Assembly: GCA_027324805.1 (NCBI GenBank)
Contig: DAHVRZ010000002.1
Location: 85,658 to 149,657 of the forward strand
Direction of reading: 5' to 3'
DNA: 64,000 nt
Origin: Candidatus Parcubacteria bacterium
Lineage (GTDB): Bacteria > Patescibacteriota > Minisyncoccia > UBA6257 > 2-01-FULL-56-20
Position 1 is the stretch's first letter. Every line of letters starts with the position of its first letter. This document shows, one piece after another, positions 15,438 to 26,127 of the stretch. A program made the translations under genes and the position numbers. The notes under the pieces are model-generated. The model worked only from the letters and a program-made list of their open reading frames with translations. It was not told where the DNA came from and made no database searches.

Positions 15438-15500
15438 CCGCCGGAGTACCCAATGATAATTTTTGGGAAACTCCGATTTTTACAGACTTTTTAGATTACG

Positions 15501-15926
15501 TTAGCCCTCAACAGTGATTCCCATATTCTTCGCGGTACCCGCAATGATGCGCTCCGCCGCGTCGAGATTGTCCGTATTGAGGTCCGGCAGTTTGCGCTCC
15601 GCGATCTTGCGGACATCCGCTTTTGTGACCGTTCCCACTTTGCTCTTCAAGGAATCCGCAGCACCTTTCTCAATATGCGCAGCTTGTTTAAGGAGCGCTG
15701 ATGCCGGCGGGGTCTTCAGAATGAAAGAGAATGAACGATCCTCATAGATCGTTATCTCCGCAGGAACCACGTCGCCCTTCATATCCTTTGTGGCGTCGTT
15801 GAACTGTTTGCAGAACTCCTGGATGTTGATGCCCTGGGGACCGAGCGCGGTACCCACCGGAGGCGCAGGATTCGCGCCGCCCGCGGGGAGTTGGAGCTTC
15901 AAGACGGTTTTAATCTTCTTGGCCAT
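15501..15926 (-). CDS. rplK: 50S ribosomal protein L11
   Basis: [34 protein letters not shown]. Confidence 0.98.
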   Translation of the reverse strand: MAKKIKTVLKLQLPAGGANPAPPVGTALGPQGINIQEFCKQFNDATKDMKGDVVPAEITIYEDRSFSFILKTPPASALLKQAAHIEKGAADSLKSKVGTVTKADVRKIAERKLPDLNTDNLDAAERIIAGTAKNMGITVEG

Positions 15927-16004
15927 GGTATTTGATAACGTAAGGTATAATAACCGATATTTTCGGTTTAAGCAAGAGCATGCAACGACGTGCTTATTCT
16001 CCTC

Positions 16005-16520
16005 TTAAAACGGGATATCCTCCGGTTTTATCTCTTCGTCTTCAAGGTTGATCACGGGGATATCGTCCAGCGACGGCGTATCGGTACCCTTTGATGCATC
16101 GCTGCCCGGCTGCGCCCCGCCGGCGGGAGCACCTGCCCCTGCACCGCCGCGAAAGCCGCCTCCCTGCCCTCCCCCCCCGCCAGGGCCGCCCATCGGACGC
16201 GGACCGAGTTGGAAGCGCTCACACATAATCTCCGTCGTTTTGCGCTGCTGACCCTGCTTGTCGGTCCAACTGCGCGTCTGAAGGCGCCCTTCGACGAGCA
16301 CCGTCGATCCTTTTGTAAGATATTGCCCGGCAATCTCGGCTTGGCGACCCCAGATCACGACATTATGAAACTCGGTCTCCTCCTGTCGGGCGCCCGCCTT
16401 GTCGGTCCAGGTGCGGTTCGTGGCGACGCCTATCGTGACGACCGACTGGCCGCCCGGGGTCGTACGAAGCTGGGGATCCGCCGTCACGCGGCCTACGATA
16501 ATAGCTTTATTGAAATCCAT
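16005..16520 (-). CDS. ssb: Single-stranded DNA-binding protein
   Basis: NKAIIVGRVTADP, VEGRLQTRSW, C-terminal EDIPF. Confidence 0.98.
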   Translation of the reverse strand: MDFNKAIIVGRVTADPQLRTTPGGQSVVTIGVATNRTWTDKAGARQEETEFHNVVIWGRQAEIAGQYLTKGSTVLVEGRLQTRSWTDKQGQQRKTTEIMCERFQLGPRPMGGPGGGGGQGGGFRGGAGAGAPAGGAQPGSDASKGTDTPSLDDIPVINLEDEEIKPEDIPF

Positions 16521-16614
16521 GAGATAAGTGAGGGTTATTGGTTTTGTTCGACCCCTTTATGCTACCACTATACGCTAAAATTTCCCTTAGGAAAAGGTGA
16601 GTCTCCGATAAAAC

Positions 16615-16640
16615 AAAACAGCCCCTTGCGGGGCCGTTTT
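16615..16640 (-). terminator. Terminator hairpin after rpsF
   Basis: GGCCCC-GCAA-GGGGCTGTTTT on the minus strand. Confidence 0.65.
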
Positions 16641-16645
16641 CCTCA

Positions 16646-17092
16646 TTATCCGAGTATCTCTTCGAGCTTCTTTTCGAGTGCCTCGTTGCTGAGCGGCTTC
16701 GGCGCCGCGGGGCGCGGCTCGGCCGCAGGACGCGTCGCGGAAGGCGAATAGCGTTCCACCGGCGCGGAACCGGGAATGCCTTTGGTAGACGCAACACGGA
16801 GCGAAGGCTTCGGAAGCTTGACGACAAGGGAGCGCAGAACGTCGGCACGGAGGCCGAGATCGTGCTCGAGCGCCTTCACTTCATCGCCGTAGGCTTTGAA
16901 TGTGACGCTTGCGAAAACGCCTTCCTTGTGACCCTTGACCTCATATGCCATGGCGAGCCGCTTGGCGCGCGCCTCTGACGTGATTTCTACCTTATGTTCC
17001 GCGAGGAGCGCAATCACGCCCGGAAGATCCTCCTCCTGGCGGATCAGAATGCCGAGCTCGTATTCCTTTTTATCCTTTTCTTCGTTGGTCAT
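16646..17092 (-). CDS. rpsF: 30S ribosomal protein S6 with C-terminal extension
   Basis: KEYELGILI, KRLAMAYEVKG, DVLRSLVVK; upstream of ssb. Confidence 0.88.
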   Translation of the reverse strand: MTNEEKDKKEYELGILIRQEEDLPGVIALLAEHKVEITSEARAKRLAMAYEVKGHKEGVFASVTFKAYGDEVKALEHDLGLRADVLRSLVVKLPKPSLRVASTKGIPGSAPVERYSPSATRPAAEPRPAAPKPLSNEALEKKLEEILG

Positions 17093-17162
17093 ATGGATGA
17101 AAGCAACGTTGGTCATTGTACCCGAAGCGGAACGGAATGTCCAGCACGGGCGTCATTCTTTT

Positions 17163-20100
17163 TTAGGCACTCGCTTCGGCCATTTCTTCCTCTTCCTGGA
17201 TCTCTCCTTCGTGGAGGATCACATCGGGCGAAAGGTCCTGCTTACCCGCAGGGATGAGCCGCCCGATAATGACATTTTCCTTGAGACCGCGAAGTTTATC
17301 GATCTTGCCCTCAATGGCGGCCTTCACGAGCACGCGCGAGGTATCCTGGAAGGATGCCGCAGAAAGGAACGACTCTGCAGAAAGCGCGATGCGCGTAATG
17401 CCAAGGAGCGTCTCATCCGCCTTCGCAGGCTTGCCGCCTTCCTTCTTGATCAGGCGGTTCACCTCAAGGAAGCGGGACTTCTCGACGATCTCGCCCATCA
17501 CAAAGTCCGGCGCGTCGCCCGCCTCGCGGATCTTCACGCGCGAGAACATCTGCCGCACGATCATTTCAATATGCTTGTTGTTGATGGAAGCGCCTTCCGA
17601 AGCGTAGATCTTCTGCACCTCGTTCACGATATACCGGCCCACCGCCGTCATTCCCCTGTGCTCGTAGAGCTCATGGATGTCGAGGTTACCTTCCGAAAGA
17701 CGGTCACCCTTCGTCACCTTGTCGCCCGCCTGCATGAAGAGCACCGTGCCGCGGGGTACGCTCACGTCCGTCGCCTTGCCTTTCTTGCCCTCGGGGATGA
17801 AGCGCACCACCTTGAGCGTGCCCTTCTCCTCGATCTTGTCCACTACCCCGTCGAAGGGAGCCAGGATGGCTCGTCCCTTCGGGGCACGGGTCTCGAAGAT
17901 CTCCTCCACGCGAGGGAGACCGTGCGTGATGTCGGCACCGGCGACGCCTCCCTGGTGGAAGGTACGCATGGTGAGCTGGGTGCCCGGTTCGCCGATGGAC
18001 TGTGCAGCGAGCACGCCCACCGCAGTACCCAGGGCCACCTTCTTGTTGCTGCTAAGGTCCAAACCATAACATTTGGCACAAATACCGTAGAAGGTCTTGC
18101 AGGTGATCGGCGAACGCACGATGACGCTCTCCACCTTTTCAGCCGCATCGATCGCCTCGGCGATCTCGTGGTCGATCGTTTCGCCCGCGCGGATGAGTAT
18201 CTTGTTCCCCGACTTCACGTCATCAAGCACCGTGCGGGAGAAAAGCCTTGACGCAAAGCTCTGATTGAACTCCTTGCCGTCGGCGCGCGAGATCTCGATG
18301 CCTTCCTTCGTGTGGCAGTCATCCTCGCGGATCGTAAGGTCCTGCGCAACATCCACGAGGCGTCGCGTAAGATAGCCGGCCTGTGCGGTCTTGAGCGCCG
18401 TGTCGGTCGTACCTTTGCGGGCGGCGTGGGTCATAATGAAGTACTCCAGAATGGAAAGGCCTTCTTTGAACGATGCCTTGATCGGGAGCTCGATCGTCTC
18501 GCCTTTCGGGTTCTGCACGAGACCCTTCATACCCATCATCTGAATCGGCTGGGACCATGAACCGCGGGACCCGGAATTGACGATCTGATAGATCGAGTTG
18601 TCCTCGGGGAAGATGTCCGCGATGAGCTTTGCGAGATCGTTCTTCGTCTTCTCCCACACGCTGATCACGCGCGAGCGGCGCTCGATCGGCGTAAGCAGAC
18701 CTTCCGCGTACTGTTCGTGAATGAGCTCAACCTCTTTGTCCGCTTTCGCCACCATTTCCTTCTTCTGCGGAGGAACGATGAGATCCGCTATTGCCCATGT
18801 GATGCCGGAAGTGGTCGCCATGTCATATCCGAGCTGTTTCACCCTGTCGATGACATCGCGCGTGGCGTCCATGCCGTGCAATTCGAACACGCGGGCGAGG
18901 ATCGCGTTGAGCTTCTTCTTCGTCACGAGATCGTTGTAGAACGGCACGGTACCGTCGAGCGCTTTGTTGAAGATAAGGCGGCCTGCGGTCGTCTCGACGT
19001 CGATCTCCCGTATCCTGAGCGGCGTATGAAGCGTAATCTGTCCGAAATGATACGCGAGCATTACCTCGTCGTAGTCGGTGAACCAGCGGATTGCAGCCCC
19101 TTCGGGAAGCTTCTCTATGCGCGTCATATAGTAGCTGCCGAGCACAACATCATTCCACGGGCCGGGAATGAGGTCACCCGTCGCCGGCTTCAGGAGATTC
19201 TTGCCTGCGGACATAATGTCGCGGGCCTCCTCTTGTGCCGCATCGGAGAGCGGGAGATGCACGGCCATCTGGTCGCCGTCGAAGTCCGCGTTGAATGCGG
19301 CGCAGACGAGCGGCGGAAGCTTGAGCGCAAGACCTTCAACGAGCTGCGGACGGAATGCCTGCACCGAAAGACGGTGGAGCGTCGGCGCGCGATTGAGGAG
19401 CACGTGCTTGTTTTTGATGATCTCTTCGAGGATGGCGAGCACTTCGGATGTGTGCTCTTCCATGAAGCGGGATGCGGAGCGCATGTTGTGCGCAAGTCCG
19501 CGCTTGATGATCTCGCTGATGACGAACGGGCGGAAAAGTTCGAGGCCCATGCGCTTCGGGATGCCCATCTCGTCGATCTTAAGCTTCGGACCGACCACGA
19601 TCACGGAGCGGCCGGAATAATCCACGCGTTTGCCGAGCAGGTTCTGACGGAAGCGGCCCTGTTTGCCCTTGAGCATGTCGGCGAGCGAACGGAGCGGACG
19701 GCGCTGTGCGGACATCTGCTGGGTGCCGAAGCGCGCCGAGTTGTCGATGAGCGCGTCCACCGCCTCCTGGAGCATGCGCTTCTCGTTGCGAACGATGACG
19801 TCCGGCGCCTTGATCTCAAGGAGTTTCTTCAGGCGGTTATTGCGGTTGATGACGCGGCGATAAAGGTCGTTGAGGTCCGAGGTCGCATAGCGGCCGCCGT
19901 CGAGCGCCACCATCGGACGAAGGTCCGGCGGGAGCACCGGGAGCATGGTCATGATCATCCATTCCGGGCGCTGGCCGTTGCGGACCATGGACTTGAACAT
20001 CTTGAGGCGGCGGAGCAGCTTCGACTGCGCCATCGGGTCGCGGGCGCCTTCGAGTTCCTTCTCGATTCCGACGATCTCCTTCTTGAGGTCCATCTTGTCG

Positions 20101-23100
20101 AGGATCTGCTGGACCGCTTCGGCGCCGCTCGAAGCCTTGAAGATATTGCCGAACTTGCGCGAAAGCGTGAAATATTCGTTCTCCGAGAGGATCTGGCCGA
20201 TGCGGAGCTTCTCGAGATACTCCTTCGTGGTGTCGGCGGCCTCCATGATCTCCCCTTTCACCTCCTTGTCCTTGTTGCCGACGGTCTTCAGCTTGCCCTT
20301 CAGCTCGCGCTCCAATTCCTCGAGCGCGGCCTTGCGGTTCTCTTCTTTTATCTCGGTAATGATATATGCGGAATAGTAGATGACGCGCTCAAGCTTCTGT
20401 GCAGACACATCGAGCGCGAGCGAAAGCCGCGACGGGATGCTCTTGAGGAACCAGATGTGCGAAACCGGCGTCGCAAGCGCGATATGGCCGATGCGTTCGC
20501 GGCGGACGGCCGCGCGCGTCACTTCGACGCCGCACTTGTCGCAGACCACGCCTTTATAGCGGATCCTGCGATATTTACCGCAGTAGCACTCATAATCCTT
20601 CGTGGGACCGAAGATGCGCTCGCTAAAGAGGCCGTCCTTCTCCGGACGCTGGGTGCGGTAGTTGATGGTCTCCGGCTTCGTGACCTCGCCGTGCGACCAG
20701 CGGAGAATATCCTCCGGCGACGCAACGCTTATCTTGAGCGCCGAGAAATTGTCCTTGCGCTCCGCTTCCGATTCATAGAGCGGCTGAATGTTGAAGCCGA
20801 GCGATTTGAGTTCGTTCACGAGCACATTGAACGACGCAGGGACATTCGGCTCCTTGATCTGTTCGCCGCGGATGATCGATTCGTACGCCGCCGCACGGCC
20901 GACCACGTCGTCGGATTTGATGGTGAGCATCTCCTGGAGCGTATGGCGCGCGCCGTAGCCTTCGAGCGCCCACACTTCCATTTCTCCGAAACGCTGGCCG
21001 CCGAACTGTGCCTTGCCGCCGAGCGGCTGTTGGGTGATCAAAGAGTAAGGACCGATCGAACGCATGTGCGCCTTGTCTTCCACGAGATGGTTCAGTTTGA
21101 GCATGTAGATCTGCCCGACCATGACGCGGTTCTGGAACGCCTCGCCCGTGCGACCGTCAAAAAGCTTCACCTTGCCGTCCTCCGGGAGGCCGGCCTTCCT
21201 GAGCTCTTCGCGGATATCCGCTTCGGTCGCCGAGTCGAGACCCGGCGTGATCGCGCGGTAGCCGAGCCTTTGCGCGGCCCAACCAAGGTGTGTTTCAAGA
21301 ATTTGCCCGAGGTTCATACGGGATACGACGCCAAGCGGGTTCAATATGATGTCCACCGGCGTGCCATCCTCAAGGTACGGCATGTCCTCCACGGAACGCA
21401 CCTGCGAGATGACGCCTTTGTTGCCGTGACGTCCGGCGAGCTTGTCGCCCGCCTGCACCTTGCGGAGCTCGGCGATCTCCACCTGGATGCGGCGGATGAT
21501 GCCCGGCTCGAGCTTATCGCCGCGCTCGCGATCGAATATCTTCACGTTCACGACGCGTCCCACCTTGCCGTGGGGAAGCGTAAGCGACGTATCTTTTACA
21601 TCGCGCGCCTTCTCGCCAAAGATGGCGCGGAGCAGGCGCTCTTCGGATGTAAGCTCGGACTCGCCCTTCGGCGATATCTTGCCGACGAGGATATCCCCCG
21701 CCTTCACCTCCGCGCCGATGCGGACGATGCCTTCCTCATCGAGGTTCTTGAGTTTGTCCTCCGAAACGTTCGGAATATCATAGGTGGTCACTTCGGGACC
21801 GAGCTTCGTGTCGCGCACATCGCAGGAATATTCGTCGATGTGGATCGAGGTAAAACGGTCCTGCTGGACGACACGCTCGGAGATGATGATGGCGTCCTCG
21901 AAGTTCGCGCCCTCCCATGAAACAAAGGATACGAGGAGGTTCTGGCCGAGCGCGAGGATGCCGTTTTCGATGGACGGACCGTCCGCGAGGATCTGGCCTT
22001 TCTTCACCGTTTCGCCGCGCACCACAAGCGGCTTCTGCGAGATGCAGGTGAACTGGTTGGAACGCTTGAACTTCTCGAGAATGTAGGTCTTGGTCGCCTT
22101 TTCGTACTTCACTTTGATATGACTGCCATCGGCCTCCATCACCTCCCCCGATCCTTCCGCGAGAATGACGTATCCCGAATCGAGCGCCACTTTCTCTTCC
22201 TGGCCGGTCGAGACGTACGGCGCGTCAGGGCGCACGGACACTACGGCCTGCCGCTGCATGTTCGAACCCATGAGAGCGCGGTTCGCGTCGTCATGCTGGA
22301 GGAACGGGATGAGCGAGGTCGCGACCGAGATGAACTCGTTCGGCGCGATATCGATGAAATCCACTTCGTTCGGCACAACCGTTCCCGGCTCGCCCTTGAT
22401 GCGGGTCTCAAGCGCCGTACCCAAGAGCTTTCCCTTTTCGTCACGCGGCGTGCCCGCGTGCGTGATCTTGTATTTTTCCTCTTCGGAAGCGTCCATCCAG
22501 ACGATCTCGTCCGTCACGACGCCGTTCTTTACGCGCGCGTACGGCGCCTCAAGGAAGCCGAAATCGTTGATGCGGGTATAGCTTGCAAGATAGTTGATAA
22601 GACCCACATTCGAACCTTCCGGCGTCTGAATCGGACAGATGCGGCCGTAATGGGAACGATGCACGTCGCGCACTTCGAACGATGCGCGTTCACGCGTAAG
22701 GCCGCCGGGGCCGAGGGCCGAGATGCGGCGCTTGTGTTCAAGCTCGGCAAGCGGGTTCACCTGGTCCATGAACTGCGAAAGCTGGGACGAGGCGAAGAAT
22801 TCCTTGATGACCGCCGCGATCGGGCGGAAATTCACGAGCTGGGCCGGCTGGAGCGAATCTTTGTCCTCTGTGGACATGCGGTCCTGGATGATGCGGCGGA
22901 GGCGCGCGAGACCGATACGGAGGCGTCCCTGGAGCAGCTCGCCCACCGCCTTCAGGCGGCGGTTGCCGAGATGGTCGATATCATCCGGCTCTGCTTCGGG
23001 TTCGTTGTTCAGTTTGATGATCTCTTTCACGATGGCAATAAGGTCCTCTTTTTCGAGGAGCTTCGTGCTCCGCTTGCGATCCAAATCAAGCCGCTGGTTC

Positions 23101-23915
23101 ATTTTGTAACGGCCGACCTCGGAGAGATCGTAGCGATCGGGGCGCTCGAACATCGCCGCAATGAGGTTGCGCGCGGTCTCGGCATTCGCCGGGTCGCCGG
23201 GACGGAGGCGGCGATAGATCTCGACATACGATTCGTCGGCATCTTTCGCGACGTCCTTCCTGATCGTCGTCTCTATATATTTGATAAGGCCTTCATCCGA
23301 ACCGGCGAACGCCTTTTTGATATCTTCGGTCGTCATGCCGAAGATGCGCAAAAGGTCCGTCACCGGAACTTTGCGGTGGCGGTCGATCTTCACGCTGATC
23401 TCACCGCTGATGTCGGTCTCGAACTCGAGCCACGCACCGCGATTCGGAATGATCTTCGCCCCGAAAAGCTGGTGACCGCGATACGGCACCGAGGTGAAGT
23501 ACACGCCCGGCGAACGGACGAGCTGGGAAACGACGACGCGCTCCACGCCGTTGATGATGAACGTGCCGCGGCCCGTCATGATCGGGAAGTCGCCGAAGTA
23601 GACCTCCTGCTTCATCTCGCGGCCCGTGCGGTTGTTCACAAGACGGAGGGTGCAGCGGAGCGGCGCTTCATAGGTCGCCTCCTTGTAGCGCGCGGTGGTC
23701 TCGTCATATTTCGGCTCATCGAAACGATAGTCCGAAAAATAAAGCTCGAACTCCTTGCCGGTATGGTCGCGGATCGGGGAAATCTCTTCGAGTAATTCAT
23801 TAAGGCCCTTCTTAAGGAACCACTCGTAGGAGTTCAGCTGCGCTTCGTTGAGATTGAACGGCGAGATGAGGGGTTTTGATTTTGCGAAACTCTTTGTGGA
23901 GGCGAATTTGGCCAT
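17163..23915 (-). CDS. rpoBC: Fused RNA polymerase beta-beta' subunit
   Basis: Beta motifs GDKLAGRHGNKG and GQRFGEME, then beta' Zn finger CYCGKY..CDKC and catalytic NADFDGD in one 2250-aa frame. Confidence 0.97.
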   Translation of the reverse strand: MAKFASTKSFAKSKPLISPFNLNEAQLNSYEWFLKKGLNELLEEISPIRDHTGKEFELYFSDYRFDEPKYDETTARYKEATYEAPLRCTLRLVNNRTGREMKQEVYFGDFPIMTGRGTFIINGVERVVVSQLVRSPGVYFTSVPYRGHQLFGAKIIPNRGAWLEFETDISGEISVKIDRHRKVPVTDLLRIFGMTTEDIKKAFAGSDEGLIKYIETTIRKDVAKDADESYVEIYRRLRPGDPANAETARNLIAAMFERPDRYDLSEVGRYKMNQRLDLDRKRSTKLLEKEDLIAIVKEIIKLNNEPEAEPDDIDHLGNRRLKAVGELLQGRLRIGLARLRRIIQDRMSTEDKDSLQPAQLVNFRPIAAVIKEFFASSQLSQFMDQVNPLAELEHKRRISALGPGGLTRERASFEVRDVHRSHYGRICPIQTPEGSNVGLINYLASYTRINDFGFLEAPYARVKNGVVTDEIVWMDASEEEKYKITHAGTPRDEKGKLLGTALETRIKGEPGTVVPNEVDFIDIAPNEFISVATSLIPFLQHDDANRALMGSNMQRQAVVSVRPDAPYVSTGQEEKVALDSGYVILAEGSGEVMEADGSHIKVKYEKATKTYILEKFKRSNQFTCISQKPLVVRGETVKKGQILADGPSIENGILALGQNLLVSFVSWEGANFEDAIIISERVVQQDRFTSIHIDEYSCDVRDTKLGPEVTTYDIPNVSEDKLKNLDEEGIVRIGAEVKAGDILVGKISPKGESELTSEERLLRAIFGEKARDVKDTSLTLPHGKVGRVVNVKIFDRERGDKLEPGIIRRIQVEIAELRKVQAGDKLAGRHGNKGVISQVRSVEDMPYLEDGTPVDIILNPLGVVSRMNLGQILETHLGWAAQRLGYRAITPGLDSATEADIREELRKAGLPEDGKVKLFDGRTGEAFQNRVMVGQIYMLKLNHLVEDKAHMRSIGPYSLITQQPLGGKAQFGGQRFGEMEVWALEGYGARHTLQEMLTIKSDDVVGRAAAYESIIRGEQIKEPNVPASFNVLVNELKSLGFNIQPLYESEAERKDNFSALKISVASPEDILRWSHGEVTKPETINYRTQRPEKDGLFSERIFGPTKDYECYCGKYRRIRYKGVVCDKCGVEVTRAAVRRERIGHIALATPVSHIWFLKSIPSRLSLALDVSAQKLERVIYYSAYIITEIKEENRKAALEELERELKGKLKTVGNKDKEVKGEIMEAADTTKEYLEKLRIGQILSENEYFTLSRKFGNIFKASSGAEAVQQILDKMDLKKEIVGIEKELEGARDPMAQSKLLRRLKMFKSMVRNGQRPEWMIMTMLPVLPPDLRPMVALDGGRYATSDLNDLYRRVINRNNRLKKLLEIKAPDVIVRNEKRMLQEAVDALIDNSARFGTQQMSAQRRPLRSLADMLKGKQGRFRQNLLGKRVDYSGRSVIVVGPKLKIDEMGIPKRMGLELFRPFVISEIIKRGLAHNMRSASRFMEEHTSEVLAILEEIIKNKHVLLNRAPTLHRLSVQAFRPQLVEGLALKLPPLVCAAFNADFDGDQMAVHLPLSDAAQEEARDIMSAGKNLLKPATGDLIPGPWNDVVLGSYYMTRIEKLPEGAAIRWFTDYDEVMLAYHFGQITLHTPLRIREIDVETTAGRLIFNKALDGTVPFYNDLVTKKKLNAILARVFELHGMDATRDVIDRVKQLGYDMATTSGITWAIADLIVPPQKKEMVAKADKEVELIHEQYAEGLLTPIERRSRVISVWEKTKNDLAKLIADIFPEDNSIYQIVNSGSRGSWSQPIQMMGMKGLVQNPKGETIELPIKASFKEGLSILEYFIMTHAARKGTTDTALKTAQAGYLTRRLVDVAQDLTIREDDCHTKEGIEISRADGKEFNQSFASRLFSRTVLDDVKSGNKILIRAGETIDHEIAEAIDAAEKVESVIVRSPITCKTFYGICAKCYGLDLSSNKKVALGTAVGVLAAQSIGEPGTQLTMRTFHQGGVAGADITHGLPRVEEIFETRAPKGRAILAPFDGVVDKIEEKGTLKVVRFIPEGKKGKATDVSVPRGTVLFMQAGDKVTKGDRLSEGNLDIHELYEHRGMTAVGRYIVNEVQKIYASEGASINNKHIEMIVRQMFSRVKIREAGDAPDFVMGEIVEKSRFLEVNRLIKKEGGKPAKADETLLGITRIALSAESFLSAASFQDTSRVLVKAAIEGKIDKLRGLKENVIIGRLIPAGKQDLSPDVILHEGEIQEEEEMAEASA

Positions 23916-23996
23916 AGTTATTAAAAGGTTTATTTTGTCAACACCCCAACGCGCAAAAAACGGCCTATCCCTTCTTTGTTTTCTCGAGGGATTCCG

Positions 23997-25037
23997 TTAC
24001 CGATTGCTTTCTAAGTATTTAACTCTATTTGCTGTTTGTTCGTCAAGGGTCTTGGCGAATATGGTTTTTCCTGTTGCCGGGTCGCTCAGGTAATACCAAT
24101 ACGGGGAATTCTGGGGGTGGAGCGCTGCCACGATCGAGGAAGTTCCCGGATTCCCTATAGGACCGGGTGGCAGTCCCCCATATAGGTATGTATTGTAATG
24201 TGATTTTATTTTGAAGTCAAGCGCGGCAAGCGTCGGACAAGACGTGACAAACGAAGACTGGGTGCCTGTATTTTCTTCCATGAGCTTCGCATAACAAACC
24301 GTTGCATCCACGCCGAGCGGCATCCCCGCCTTCTCCCTCTTAAGCAGGATTCCCGCCACTATCTCGCGATCCTGCTGATCCGAAACCTCCTTTTCGAGTA
24401 TGGATGCGACTGTAAGTGCCCGTTCCTCCGCCGCCTGTCCCGCCGTCGTTGACGCATCGACACCCGCCGCAGCGAGCAGCGGTTCCGCTTTTGAGGCAAA
24501 ATTGTTCTCCATCTCCTTCACCACGGAGGTCGCGGTCGATCCGGTGTAGAACCGATAGGTATCCGGGAAAAGCCGCCCTTCAAGATCCCCTTGCGTACCC
24601 GATTCCTGGAGTGCCACGAGGGATCCCGGTTTTATGACAAGCGCCGCGCTCAAAATGGCGTCCACCTGATAGATATTCGATCCCTCGGGGATGGTGACAG
24701 TCGTCTCATCGGCGGCGCCGGCGGTGATGGCATCAACGATCTCTCCTGCGGACATCGCGGGATCCAGCCGGTACAGTCCCGGCTTTATCGCAAGTGCGCG
24801 GCCGCCGAGGAGCGCATAGGCATCGAATGCTGCTGCCGAGCGGATGAGGTGTGCCGCGGCGAGGCCATCCGCGACGGTCCGAAATCCTTCTCCCTGCGAA
24901 ACCTCAAACGTCGTCGATGCGGCGTTCTGTGCATCCGCCGGCGAAAGTTCGTACAGGAACATCCCCACACCGGCGGTAATGACGATAAGCACCACGGCAG
25001 CGATCCATCCCGTTTTTTTCCATCCGATTGCATCCAT
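23997..25037 (-). CDS. mltG: Endolytic transglycosylase MltG
   Basis: TIPEG, LEGRLFPDTY, ASILEKE, YNTY..GLPPGPIGNPG. Confidence 0.95.
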   Translation of the reverse strand: MDAIGWKKTGWIAAVVLIVITAGVGMFLYELSPADAQNAASTTFEVSQGEGFRTVADGLAAAHLIRSAAAFDAYALLGGRALAIKPGLYRLDPAMSAGEIVDAITAGAADETTVTIPEGSNIYQVDAILSAALVIKPGSLVALQESGTQGDLEGRLFPDTYRFYTGSTATSVVKEMENNFASKAEPLLAAAGVDASTTAGQAAEERALTVASILEKEVSDQQDREIVAGILLKREKAGMPLGVDATVCYAKLMEENTGTQSSFVTSCPTLAALDFKIKSHYNTYLYGGLPPGPIGNPGTSSIVAALHPQNSPYWYYLSDPATGKTIFAKTLDEQTANRVKYLESNR

Positions 25038-25051
25038 GGGAGATTGCTATT

Positions 25052-26101
25052 TTAGGCAAGCCTTTTTCTTATCGAGTTTATGACCGCGAGCATGAACCCA
25101 TCAGCAAGCATGCTCGATCCGCCGTAGCTCAAAAACGGGAACGTGACGCCGACAACGGGAGTGAGTCCTGTCGCCGAGCCGGCGTTCAAGAGGAATTGCG
25201 TGGCAAACATGATCGCCGTCCCCATGCAGACGAACTTCTCGAAGTTCTGGTCGGCAAGCATGCCGATGCGCAGGATCTGGAATACAAGAAAAAAGAACGC
25301 TGCACACACAAGGAGCGCGCCGACAAGACCCCACTCCTCCACCACCGCCGAAAACATGAAATCCTCCGTCGGCTCCGAAAGGAACCCGAGCTGGGTCTGC
25401 GTTCCCTGTCCATACCCCTTGCCGAACCATCCCGAATCGCCGATCGCGACCTTCGACTGGATCACGCTGTAGTTGATGCCAAGCGTATTCTCCTGCGGAG
25501 CAAGATATCCGGCGATGCGGGCGCGCTGATACCCTTTGAGCGCGAAGTTCCACGCCAGAACGCCGACGAGGATGAGCACGATGAGCGCGACGGCAACGCG
25601 CCGGAACGGAAGCCCGAGAAATATAAGAAATCCGAACCATACCGAGAAGAAAATGATCGCGGAACTGAGGTCGGGCAGCTTGATCGCGATCGCCGCAGGA
25701 ATAATAAAAAACACGAACGACGTAAGGATCGTCTGCCAGCGCGCGATCGCAAGATGCCGCCTGCTGAAGTAGTTTGCAAAAAGAAGAATAAGCGCGATCT
25801 TCATGAACTCCACCGGCTGAAGCGTGAACGGGCCGATCACGATCCAACTGTGGGTATTGCGGACGAGCGGCGACGCGACGAGCGCGACGAGCATTAATAA
25901 TCCCGCAGCACCGTAGATGCCCCATACCACCCACCGCGAATTGAATACGCTCCGCACATCCACTCTCATAAAGAGGACCACGAGGCATGCGGCGAGCGCC
26001 ACCCATACGATCTGGAATATGAACAAATGGAGAGAGAGCGTCGAGAGCAGGATGAGTCCCATGCCTACAAGGACGCCCGCCGGAAGGAAGAGTGCAAGCA
26101 T
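25052..26101 (-). CDS. rodA: SEDS-family peptidoglycan glycosyltransferase (RodA/FtsW)
   Basis: LQPVEFMK, GWFGKGYGQG, PFLSYGGSS. Confidence 0.9.
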   Translation of the reverse strand: MLALFLPAGVLVGMGLILLSTLSLHLFIFQIVWVALAACLVVLFMRVDVRSVFNSRWVVWGIYGAAGLLMLVALVASPLVRNTHSWIVIGPFTLQPVEFMKIALILLFANYFSRRHLAIARWQTILTSFVFFIIPAAIAIKLPDLSSAIIFFSVWFGFLIFLGLPFRRVAVALIVLILVGVLAWNFALKGYQRARIAGYLAPQENTLGINYSVIQSKVAIGDSGWFGKGYGQGTQTQLGFLSEPTEDFMFSAVVEEWGLVGALLVCAAFFFLVFQILRIGMLADQNFEKFVCMGTAIMFATQFLLNAGSATGLTPVVGVTFPFLSYGGSSMLADGFMLAVINSIRKRLA

Positions 26102-26127
26102 ACGCTTAAATCCCGAATATAATACCT

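Noticed and set aside
10250-15500. att sites, dif site or integrase for the phage-like element
   Set aside because: No convincing flanking direct repeat, dif consensus or recombinase ORF found by eye; boundaries remain approximate
18717-21920. 1067-aa plus-strand ORF, and others at 16935-18251 and 22119-23795
   Set aside because: Antisense shadows of rpoBC caused by codon bias; no recognisable motifs
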